From Myxococcota bacterium (lineage in GTDB: Bacteria; Myxococcota_A; UBA9042; PHBI01; JAWLBL01): a DNA stretch of 64,000 nucleotides. The position numbers and the translations under genes are program-made. How positions within the stretch are numbered: the stretch's first letter is position 1; each line of letters begins with the position of its first letter. The stretch lies in NCBI GenBank assembly GCA_041687695.1, contig JAWLBL010000003.1, forward strand, positions 151,660-215,659, in the 5' to 3' direction. Shown here one piece after another: positions 1 through 8,494 of the stretch. The notes below the pieces were generated by a model. The model made no database searches and was not told the DNA's origin. It saw only the letters and a program-made list of their open reading frames with translations.

Positions 1-926
1 GCCTGGGCCTGAGCCGCGACGTCGAGGGCGTGCTGACGGCCGGGGCTCGCCTGACCCACATCACCGCCTCGGCGCCCGACGTCCCGGGCCTCGGCCAGGT
101 CGACTACGGGTTCACGGGGCTGGCGCTGACCGCCGGGGCGCGCGCCATCCTGTGGCAGCGCGCGAACCTGTACTTCAACTACTCGCAGGGCTTCCGCGCC
201 CCCAACCTGCAAGAGGCGACCGTCCTGGGGGACACCGGCTCGACCTTCGAGATCCCCAACGACGCCCTGGGCCCCGAGCGCTCGGACACCTTCGAGGTCG
301 GCGTCAAGTGGCACTCGCGGTGGCTGCGGCTGTCCGGGGCCGTGTTCTCGTCGACCGTCAGCGACGCCATCGTGCGCGAGGCGGCGACCTGGGAAGGGCA
401 GAGCGAGGTCGACGGCAAGCCGGTCTTCCGGCGGACCAACGCGACGGAGGCCAGCTTCCGCGGGCTCGAGCTGGCGGGCACCTCGGGGCGTTGGCAGGGG
501 CTGAGCCTGTTCGGCAGCGTCAGCGCCATCGAGGGGACCATCACGACGCGCGACGGCGACGACGAGCCCGCCCGGCGCGTGCCGCCGCTCAACGGGATGG
601 CGGGCGTCCGCTGGGACGGCGCCTGGAAGCAGGCGTGGGTGCGCGCGGCCGTGCGCTGGGCGGCCGAGCAGGACCGGCTGGCGCCCGGCGACCGAAAGGA
701 CCTGCGCATCTGCGGGGATCCGACGCGGCCGGGGCGGCTGCTGGCCGACTGCGAGGGGACCGAGGGCTGGGCGGCCCTGAGCCTGCGGGGCGGGCTGCAG
801 GCCACCGACGCCCTGCGCCTCGATCTGGCCGTCGAGAACGTGCTGGACGCCAGCTATCGGTGGCACGGCTCGGGCCTCGACGCGCCCGGCGTGGACGCCC
901 AGCTGTCCGCGACCTATCAGTGGTGA
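1..926 (+). CDS. TonB-dependent outer-membrane receptor, C-terminal part (5' truncated by window)
   Basis: YSQGFRAPNL..E, L.PE.SDTFEVGVK and VENVLDASY motifs; aromatic C-terminus (ATYQW). Confidence 0.9.
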   Translation, partial: LGLSRDVEGVLTAGARLTHITASAPDVPGLGQVDYGFTGLALTAGARAILWQRANLYFNYSQGFRAPNLQEATVLGDTGSTFEIPNDALGPERSDTFEVGVKWHSRWLRLSGAVFSSTVSDAIVREAATWEGQSEVDGKPVFRRTNATEASFRGLELAGTSGRWQGLSLFGSVSAIEGTITTRDGDDEPARRVPPLNGMAGVRWDGAWKQAWVRAAVRWAAEQDRLAPGDRKDLRICGDPTRPGRLLADCEGTEGWAALSLRGGLQATDALRLDLAVENVLDASYRWHGSGLDAPGVDAQLSATYQW

Positions 927-967
927 CGAGGTCGGGCGGCGGCGCGTGAGCCGACCGCCCGCGCGGC

Positions 968-2146
968 TCAGTCGTGATCGTGGCCGTGGTGGTGGCCGTG
1001 GTCGTGGCCATGGCCGTGCGCGTGACCGCCGTGGTGGTGGTGGTCCTCGCCGCGCAGGTGCGCCTGGAAGTGCTCCCAGGCGGCGTCGACGTCGATGAGG
1101 GCCTGGAACGCCTCGCGCACGAGGCCGATCTCGTGAGGCAGCAGGCTGCCCCCGGACAGCTCGTCCGAGACGTACAGCGCCTGCAGGGCGCCGTCTCGAT
1201 CCCCGGCCGCGAGCAGCACGTCGGCGTCGCTCTCGAGCCAGCGCGCCACGCGCGCGCGGACGTCGGCGTCGGCCAGCCACGCGTCGGCCGAGCTGTCGGC
1301 CAGCCCCTCGACGCGCTGGCGGAACTCGGCCTGCTCGAGCGGCTCGTCGCCGTGCAGCACCGCCGACAGCTGCTCCATCAGCGCGGCGACCACCGCCTCG
1401 GGCGGCTGCATGATGCCGGCGTGCCGCGCGGTGCGCAGCCGCTCGGTCGTGCGCTCGAGGGCGGCCGGTCGCTCGGCGCCCGACAGCTGCGCGCGCGCGT
1501 CCCACCGCGACGGGTCGGCGCCCAGGCGGACGGCCTCGTCGCGCCAACGGAGCGCTTGGGTCCAGCCGTCCGGGAAGGTCCCGCCGCTGGCCTGGACGTC
1601 CTCGATGAGCCGGTCCATCAGCCGCACCGCGAGCGAGGCGTCGCCGATGACCGGCAGGGTCGCGGCCGCCTCCTCCTTGGCCTCGCGCAGCACCTTGCGC
1701 ATCTTGCCGACCGTCAGGCCGCCGATGAGCTGCACCTGCTCGATGCGGGCCCCCTCGGCGACGACCACCTCGACGCCCGAGGCGTCGGGCAGGGTGCCCA
1801 GGGCCAGCCACGACTCGCCGCGGAGCCCGGGGCCGGCGACGAAGGCGATCTGATCCAGGTCGACCTGCGCCCGCAGATCCAGCCCCTGCCCGCGCACGGC
1901 CTCACCCGAGACCCCGGCGCTCTTGAGCTGGTAGGCCGCCTTGCGGGCCGCCTTCTTCACGGCCTTGGGCACCTGGGCCTCGCCCAGCGCCTCGAGGTGC
2001 GCGCGCTGGCGCGCCTCGGTCAGGTAGGTGACCAGGGACTGCAGATCCTGCTCTCGCTCGCCCGCGAGCGAGCGGGCGGCGGCGACCTCGGCCGGGCCTT
2101 CGGCGAAGGCGCGCGCCGGCGCGGAGAGCTGGGCGATGTCGGACAT
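968..2146 (-). CDS. hypothetical protein (392 aa) with His-rich C-terminal tail
   Basis: ATG at 2146 (MSDIAQL); coding-type codon use; ends HHHHGGHAHGHGHDHGHHHGHDHD. Confidence 0.75.
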   Translation of the reverse strand: MSDIAQLSAPARAFAEGPAEVAAARSLAGEREQDLQSLVTYLTEARQRAHLEALGEAQVPKAVKKAARKAAYQLKSAGVSGEAVRGQGLDLRAQVDLDQIAFVAGPGLRGESWLALGTLPDASGVEVVVAEGARIEQVQLIGGLTVGKMRKVLREAKEEAAATLPVIGDASLAVRLMDRLIEDVQASGGTFPDGWTQALRWRDEAVRLGADPSRWDARAQLSGAERPAALERTTERLRTARHAGIMQPPEAVVAALMEQLSAVLHGDEPLEQAEFRQRVEGLADSSADAWLADADVRARVARWLESDADVLLAAGDRDGALQALYVSDELSGGSLLPHEIGLVREAFQALIDVDAAWEHFQAHLRGEDHHHHGGHAHGHGHDHGHHHGHDHD

Positions 2147-2233
2147 GGAGGGGCTCCGAGGGGCGTCGTCGATGGGGTGCGGTTGCGGCGCCGCAATATA
2201 CTCGGATCGCGCGGCGGCCCAAGGGATGATGCG

Positions 2234-2266
2234 TTGACACGGCGTGCAGGGTGAACGTATGTTCAC
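2234..2266 (+). promoter_or_regulatory. sigma70-like promoter (TTGACA-18-TATGTT) overlapped by palindrome GTGAAC-GTAT-GTTCAC, a putative LexA/SOS box
   Basis: TTGACA 2234-2239, TATGTT 2258-2263, perfect 6-bp arms at 2251-2266 with GAAC-N4-GTTC core. Confidence 0.7.
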
Positions 2267-2270
2267 GTTC

Positions 2271-3326
2271 ATGATGAACGAGCCCCGCAGTGAAGCGCGT
2301 CGCCAGGTCCTGCGCACCGTCTCGAACCCGCCGAACCCGTGGCAGGCGGTGGCCGTCGACTGGCTCGGCGACCCGCCCGACGCCGAGGTCGAGGTCTTCG
2401 AGGACCACTCCCGGTCGATCCTCAGCCGCAACGACAGCCCGGACGTTCCCTTCACCTGGAGCGTCAACCCCTACCGCGGCTGCCAGCACGCCTGCGCCTA
2501 CTGCTACGCGCGGCCCAGCCACATGCACCTCGACTTCGGGGCGGGCACCGACTTCGACCGGCGCCTGGTCGTCAAGCCGCGCGCCGCCGAGCTGCTCCGG
2601 GACGCCTTCGACCAGCGCGCCTGGAGGGGAGAGGTCATCGCCTTCAGCGGCAACACCGACTGCTACCAGCCGCTCGAGGCCAGCTGGGGGCTCACGCGCG
2701 CCTGCCTCGAGGTGTGCCTCGCCTACCGCAACCCGGTCGGGATCATCACCAAGTCCGCGCTCATCGAGCGCGACGTCGAGCTGCTGGTCGCGCTCTCGCA
2801 AAACACCCACTGCCACGTCACCGTCAGCCTGCCCTTCATGGATCCCGAGGTAGCGCGCGCCATCGAGCCCGGCGCCCCCTCGCCGGCGCGGCGCCTCAAG
2901 ACCATCCGGCGCCTGGCCGAGGCGGGCCTGTCGGTCGGCGTCAACGTCGCGCCCATCATCCCGGGCCTCAACGACGCGGACGTCGCCCCCATCCTGACCG
3001 CCGCCCGCCAGGCCGGGGCCCGCTACGCCGGGCACATCCTGGTGCGCCTGCCGGGCCCCGTCCGCGACGTCTTCGAGCAGCGCGTCCGCGCCCTGCTGCC
3101 CCTGCGCGCCGAGCGCGTCCTCCATCAGATCGACGCCTGCCGCGACGGGCGCCGCAACGACGCGCGCTTCGGCCACCGGATGCGCGGCACCGGCGAGCGC
3201 TGGCAGGCCATCGAGGCCCTGTTCCAGACCGTCTCGCGACGGCTCGGCTACGAGCAGCGCCCGACCCCCGACGCGCCGTCCCCGTTCCGACGCCCCGACA
3301 GCTCGCCGCAGCTCAGCCTCTTCTGA
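2271..3326 (+). CDS. radical SAM protein, PA0069/Rv2578c (SplB-like) family
   Basis: NPYRGCQHACAYCYARP (CxxxCxxC), SGNTDCYQP, ITKS, APIIPGLND, C-terminal QLSLF. Confidence 0.9.
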   Translation: MMNEPRSEARRQVLRTVSNPPNPWQAVAVDWLGDPPDAEVEVFEDHSRSILSRNDSPDVPFTWSVNPYRGCQHACAYCYARPSHMHLDFGAGTDFDRRLVVKPRAAELLRDAFDQRAWRGEVIAFSGNTDCYQPLEASWGLTRACLEVCLAYRNPVGIITKSALIERDVELLVALSQNTHCHVTVSLPFMDPEVARAIEPGAPSPARRLKTIRRLAEAGLSVGVNVAPIIPGLNDADVAPILTAARQAGARYAGHILVRLPGPVRDVFEQRVRALLPLRAERVLHQIDACRDGRRNDARFGHRMRGTGERWQAIEALFQTVSRRLGYEQRPTPDAPSPFRRPDSSPQLSLF

Positions 3327-3371
3327 GGGTCGGGGCCGTCGATCGGCCGCGCGAAACAACGCCGGTTTCGA

Positions 3372-3401
3372 TTGACAACCTCGCCGAGCGAGGCCTAGGT
3401 T
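3372..3401 (+). promoter_or_regulatory. putative sigma70 promoter (TTGACA...TAGGTT) for the small ORF
   Basis: TTGACA at 3372, TAGGTT at 3396. Confidence 0.45.
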
Positions 3402-3449
3402 CCGCGCCACTCATAGCCCGGCTGCGCGCCGGCTTGTCAGGAGGTGCTG

Positions 3450-3638
3450 ATGTTCGAGGTCGTGCTCGGAGAAGACGTCAAGACGTTCTCCACCCGCCAG
3501 GAGGCCATTCAGGCCGCTCGGCTTCTCTCCGCGGAGCACCGCGGGCTGGTCGCCATCACCGACCCCGACGGTCGCGAGCGGATGACCTATCAGGGCGGTG
3601 AGCTCATCAGCTACGACTACGAGATTCGCCGCGAGTAG
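3450..3638 (+). CDS. small hypothetical protein (62 aa)
   Basis: AGGAGG SD, ATG 3450, high GC3, hairpin GCGCGCCC/GGGCGCGC after the stop. Confidence 0.75.
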   Translation: MFEVVLGEDVKTFSTRQEAIQAARLLSAEHRGLVAITDPDGRERMTYQGGELISYDYEIRRE

Positions 3639-3776
3639 TCGAGCGCGCCCCGACGGGCGCGCGCCCCGGACCGCCCCCTCCCAGGTCCCGGCTGGCCCGC
3701 TGGCCACTGGACCGGAGCCGGGGCGGCCTTGCACGACCCCTTCGATCGAGGGGTCGTGGCGTTTCGAAGGCCGGGC

Positions 3777-4268
3777 TCAGACGGTGGGCAGGGGCCGGTA
3801 GATGACCTCGACGATCTCGAGCTCGCGCCGGCCGCCCGCCACCTGCGCGACGACCTGGTCGCCCTCCTTGCGGCGCATCAGCGCCTTGCCGATGGGCGAG
3901 CGCCACGAGATGAGCCCGCGCTCGGCGTCGATCTCGTCCTCGCCGACCAGGGTGTAGGTGCGCTCGCTGCCGTCGGGGTAGCCCAGGACCACCGTCGCGC
4001 CGAAGTAGACCGTGTCGCCCCGGTCGATGGCGGGGTCGATGACCTCGGCGGCCTCGAGGCGCTTGTCGAGCCAGCGCAGCCGGCGGTCGATCTCGCGCAG
4101 CTTCTTCTTGCCGTAGATGTACTCGGCGTTCTCGGAGCGATCGCCGAGCGAGGCCGCGTAGGCGACCTCGTCGACGATCTTCGGGCGCACCTCGGAGCGC
4201 AGGCGCGTGGACTCGTCGCGGAGACGCTTGAAGCCGGTCGGGGTGATGTAGTTCTTGAATTCCGCCAT
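3777..4268 (-). CDS. greB: transcription elongation factor GreB
   Basis: NYITP.G, AASLGDRSENAEYIYGKKKLREIDRR, ISWRSPIGKAL. Confidence 0.95.
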   Translation of the reverse strand: MAEFKNYITPTGFKRLRDESTRLRSEVRPKIVDEVAYAASLGDRSENAEYIYGKKKLREIDRRLRWLDKRLEAAEVIDPAIDRGDTVYFGATVVLGYPDGSERTYTLVGEDEIDAERGLISWRSPIGKALMRRKEGDQVVAQVAGGRRELEIVEVIYRPLPTV

Positions 4269-4448
4269 GGATCGCTTGCTGCTGGGGGAACGTGGCGCGG
4301 GAGGGGCCGTCGGTGACCCTCGTGGAACGCGACGGGGCGCGTCGAAGTTTCCGGCGTGGTAGGTTGCGCGGGCATTCATACACCGGCGCGCGCTCCGTGG
4401 CAGCCCCAGGCTGCAGGCGGGCGTGCCGAGCGAGGAGGCGGGCAGGCG

Positions 4449-5132
4449 ATGTGTGGGCGATTCGGTCTGACGGTGGGCGCCCAGCAGCTGGCGGAGCTGC
4501 TGGGGCTGGACGAGATCCCCGACGCGACGCCGCGCTTCAACATCGCGCCGACCCAGGACGTCCTGACCGTGCGGCTCGAGGACGGGCGACGGCGGGCCGC
4601 GACGATGCGCTGGGGGCTGGTGCCGTCGTGGGCCAAGGACGTGAAGATCGGCGCGAAGATGATCAACGCGCGCAGCGAGACGGCGCCCGACAAGCCGGCC
4701 TTCCGGGCGGCCTTCAAGCGGCGGCGCTGCCTCGTGCCCGCCGACGGGTTCTACGAGTGGCAGCGCGTCGGAAAGAGCAAGCGGGCCTTTCACTTCCACC
4801 TGCGCTCGGGTCAGCCCTTCGCCATGGCTGGCCTCTGGGAGGTGTGGCGGGACCCGGCGCAGCCCGAGGCGACGCCGCTGGTGAGCTGCACGGTGCTGAC
4901 GACCGACTGCAACGAGCTGGTGCGCCCCGTGCACGACCGCATGCCCGTCATCCTGCCGCGCGAGGCGTGGGCGCCGTGGCTGGACCCTGGGGTGCAGGAC
5001 GCCGACGCGTTGACGCGGCTGCTGGCGCCCTATCCCAGCGCCGCGATGGAGGCGACGCCGGTCGGATCGTACGTGAACGACGCGCGCCACGAGGGCCCGG
5101 CCTGCCGCCAGGCCGAGGGGTTGCTCCTCTGA
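4449..5132 (+). CDS. SOS response-associated peptidase (SRAP/YedK/HMCES family)
   Basis: N-terminal MCGRF (catalytic Cys2), FNIAPTQ, WGLVPSW, INARSET, DGFYEW, HDRMPVIL. Confidence 0.95.
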   Translation: MCGRFGLTVGAQQLAELLGLDEIPDATPRFNIAPTQDVLTVRLEDGRRRAATMRWGLVPSWAKDVKIGAKMINARSETAPDKPAFRAAFKRRRCLVPADGFYEWQRVGKSKRAFHFHLRSGQPFAMAGLWEVWRDPAQPEATPLVSCTVLTTDCNELVRPVHDRMPVILPREAWAPWLDPGVQDADALTRLLAPYPSAAMEATPVGSYVNDARHEGPACRQAEGLLL

Positions 5133-5149
5133 GCGCGCGACGTCGCGCC

Positions 5150-5779
5150 GTGGGTGTGGCGCTCGCCGCGGTCGTCGCCGCGGGCTGCGCGCCCGTCCCG
5201 CTGCTGCAGAACGCGAGGGTCGTGCCCAAGGGCGTGACGCGCGTCGGGTTGGCGGGCGCGGCCTTCTTGCCGACGGCCTCCGAGACCTTCTACGAGCCCG
5301 ATGGCCCGGGGTCGGGCAACCAGGAGGACCTGCGGTGGGTGCCGCTGCCCCATCTGGTGGGTTGGACCCGCCTGGGGCTCGGCGGGGGCGAGCTGCAGGC
5401 CGCCTTCCAGGTCCCGTCGTTCACCATGACGCTGGCGGGCAAGCTGGGCATCGTCGGCCTCGAGCGGGGCTCGCCGTTCGCGATGGCGTTGGGGGTCGAC
5501 GGCGGCTTCAGCCCGGTCGCGGGCAGCGCCGGCCTGGGCGGGACGCTGATGACCAGCGTCGGTCTGGGCGGCACGACCAGCCTGGACCTGTCGGTGCGCG
5601 CCGGCACGTTCACTTCCTGGTGGCAAGACCTGGCGCTGACGGCGACCGCCGGGGTGTCCTTCGGGCAAGGCGCGACCTGGCACCTGGTGGCCGGCGCCAT
5701 CGTGCCGGTGCGCGACGCCACGCCCGGGCTGTACCTGGCGATCGGACAGTCCTTCGGGGTCAAGGACGACCGCTATTGA
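5150..5779 (+). CDS. hypothetical lipoprotein, possibly a small beta-barrel (start uncertain, 5129-5150)
   Basis: lipobox VAAGC followed by alternating beta-strand-like segments. Confidence 0.65.
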   Translation: MGVALAAVVAAGCAPVPLLQNARVVPKGVTRVGLAGAAFLPTASETFYEPDGPGSGNQEDLRWVPLPHLVGWTRLGLGGGELQAAFQVPSFTMTLAGKLGIVGLERGSPFAMALGVDGGFSPVAGSAGLGGTLMTSVGLGGTTSLDLSVRAGTFTSWWQDLALTATAGVSFGQGATWHLVAGAIVPVRDATPGLYLAIGQSFGVKDDRY

Positions 5780-6187
<408 letters not shown>

Positions 6188-6413
6188 GCCCCCGCGGGCG
6201 CGGCGACGGAGGTCGGGCGCGACGTCGGTTTTCCGCCTGCTCCCTTGCGGGTCCGTGGGGCTTGCCGGAAAAAGGGGCCCCCCGAAACAGACCCGAAACA
6301 TTCGGGCGTTACCTTGCGCGCCGACACGCGGTGACGATCGGACGCATGCCCAGGGCGGGCGTGGCCGGTCCCCCCACGCCGCGCCAAGTTCGACGTGAAG
6401 GAGCAAAGCCCCC

Positions 6414-7832
6414 ATGGCGATGACCGGTAAGGATGCCATTGCGTTCGCCAAGAAGCACGGCGCGGTGATGGCCGACTTCAAGTTCACGGACTTCCTCGGC
6501 ACCTGGCAGCACATCTCGGTGCACATCGACCACCTCACCGAGGACGCCTTCGAGACGGGCTTCGGCTTCGACGGCTCGTCGATTCGCGGGTGGCAGCCCA
6601 TCAACGCCAGCGACATGGCCATCATCCCGGATCCCTCGACCGTGGTGATGGACCCGTTCACCAAGCACCCGACCGTGTCGTTCATCTGCGACGTGGCCGA
6701 CCCGGTGACGCTCGAGCCCTACTCGCGCGACCCGCGCTACGTCGCCAAGAAGGCGGTCGACTACCTGCGGTCGACCGGCATCGGCGACACCTGCTTCATC
6801 GGCCCCGAGGCCGAGTTCTTCCTGTTCGATTCGGTGCGCTACGACCAGCGGACCAACGGGGCCTTCTACGAGCTCGACTCGCGCGAGGGCTACTGGAACA
6901 CCGGCAAGGACGACGAGGGCGGCAACAAGGCCTACCGCGCGCGCCCCAAGGAGGGCTACTTCCCGGTGACGCCCTGGGACAGCTACCAGGATCTGCGCAC
7001 CGAGATGGTCATCGACCTCCTCAAGGCCGGCATCGAGGTCGAGGCCTCGCACCACGAGGTCGCCTCGAGCCAGTGCGAGATCGACATCCGCTTCGGCGAG
7101 CTGGTCAAGACGGGCGACCAGCTGATGTGGTTCAAGCACGTCGTGCGCAACGTCGCGGCGCGCAACGGCAAGGTGGCGACCTTCATGCCCAAGCCCCTCT
7201 ACGGGGACAACGGCTCGGGCATGCACACCCACATCTCCATTTGGAAAGAGGGCAAGAACCTGATGGCCGGCAACGAGTACGCCGGCCTGAGCCAGGAGGC
7301 CCTGTGGTTCATCGGCGGCATCATCCGCCATGCCCGCGCGATGGCGGCCATCTCGAACCCGACCACCAACAGCTACCGCCGTCTGGTGCCGGGCTACGAG
7401 GCCCCCGTGAACCTCGCCTACTCGAGCCGCAACCGCTCGGCGTCCATCCGCATCCCGATCGGCACGACCAGCCCGAAGTCGCGCCGCATCGAGTACCGCT
7501 GCCCCGACCCCAGCTGCAACCCGTACCTGAACTTCGCGGCGCTGCTGATGGCGGGCCTGGACGGCATCGAGAACAAGATCGATCCCGGCAAGCCGATGGA
7601 CAAGGACATCTACGGCCTGTCGCCGGTCGAGCTGGCCGAGATCCCGAAGATGCCGGGCAGCCTCGAGGAGGCCGTCGACGCGCTCGAGCAGGACCACGAG
7701 TTCCTGCTCAAGGGCGGCGTCTTCACCGAGGACCTCATCCGGGGCTGGATCGACCGCAAGCGCAACGTGGATCTGGACGCCTGGCGCCTGCGCCCGACCC
7801 CGCAGGAGTTCTACCTGTACTTCGACTGCTAG
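6414..7832 (+). CDS. glnA: glutamine synthetase type I (GSI-beta)
   Basis: [42 protein letters not shown]; adenylylation-site Tyr in DKDIY. Confidence 0.97.
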   Translation: MAMTGKDAIAFAKKHGAVMADFKFTDFLGTWQHISVHIDHLTEDAFETGFGFDGSSIRGWQPINASDMAIIPDPSTVVMDPFTKHPTVSFICDVADPVTLEPYSRDPRYVAKKAVDYLRSTGIGDTCFIGPEAEFFLFDSVRYDQRTNGAFYELDSREGYWNTGKDDEGGNKAYRARPKEGYFPVTPWDSYQDLRTEMVIDLLKAGIEVEASHHEVASSQCEIDIRFGELVKTGDQLMWFKHVVRNVAARNGKVATFMPKPLYGDNGSGMHTHISIWKEGKNLMAGNEYAGLSQEALWFIGGIIRHARAMAAISNPTTNSYRRLVPGYEAPVNLAYSSRNRSASIRIPIGTTSPKSRRIEYRCPDPSCNPYLNFAALLMAGLDGIENKIDPGKPMDKDIYGLSPVELAEIPKMPGSLEEAVDALEQDHEFLLKGGVFTEDLIRGWIDRKRNVDLDAWRLRPTPQEFYLYFDC

Positions 7833-7850
7833 CAGTCGGTCCGTCGTGAC

Positions 7851-7894
7851 GACGAAGACCCGGGTGGCCCACGCCGCCCGGGTCTTCGTGTTTT
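7851..7894 (+). terminator. intrinsic terminator after glnA
   Basis: ACGAAGACCCGGGTGG / CCGCCCGGGTCTTCGT stem followed by GTTTT. Confidence 0.8.
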
Positions 7895-7912
7895 GAAGTA
7901 CGCTGCCGGGCG

Positions 7913-8395
7913 ATGTCGACCCACCCCTACGACAGCCTGCCCCCGACCCAGGCCCGCCGTCTCCGGCGCCTGCATCGCCTGCTGGGTGTCGCCGTGCTGC
8001 TCGCCCTGGCCGTCGGCCTGGTCTGGGTGCGATTCGGACGCGCCACCGACGCCAAGGGGGCCGCGCTGCGTCAGGGCGCCGTCGCCCTCGAGCGAGCGCT
8101 GACCGCCGAAGCCGACTGGGCGCCGGCCGAGGCGCTGTTCGCGCGGGCCGCCCGTGCCAGCGTCTTCGACCCGTACCCCGTCTTCGCCCTCGAGCTGACG
8201 CAGCAGCTGCGCCAGGGGCGCCTGGACCTCCGCGACCCGGCCCTCGAGCCCGTCGCGCGGGCCATGGCCGCCGGCGACCTCGCCGGGGCCCGGCGGGCGC
8301 TGCAAGCGGTCCCCGAGAGCGCCCCAGGACGCGCCTGGTTCCATAGGCTGCTGGACGACATGGCCGCCGCCCGAGCGCCCGCCGCGGATCGCTGA
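7913..8395 (+). CDS. hypothetical single-pass membrane protein with helical/TPR-like C-terminus
   Basis: hydrophobic LLGVAVLLALAVGLVWV; coding-type codon use. Confidence 0.65.
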   Translation: MSTHPYDSLPPTQARRLRRLHRLLGVAVLLALAVGLVWVRFGRATDAKGAALRQGAVALERALTAEADWAPAEALFARAARASVFDPYPVFALELTQQLRQGRLDLRDPALEPVARAMAAGDLAGARRALQAVPESAPGRAWFHRLLDDMAAARAPAADR

Positions 8396-8494
8396 AAAAA
8401 GCGCGCAACAAAACCGGCCGATCTCCCGACTTGTATTAGGGGGCCGCCCGCCGCGCCCCCTGATGCCCCGTCCCCGGTGCGGAGGGAGGTCGCC

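Noticed and set aside
6303..6318. sigma54 promoter for glnA (GG-N10-GC)
   Set aside because: The -24 element CGGGCG is a poor match to TGGCAC; chance occurrence is likely
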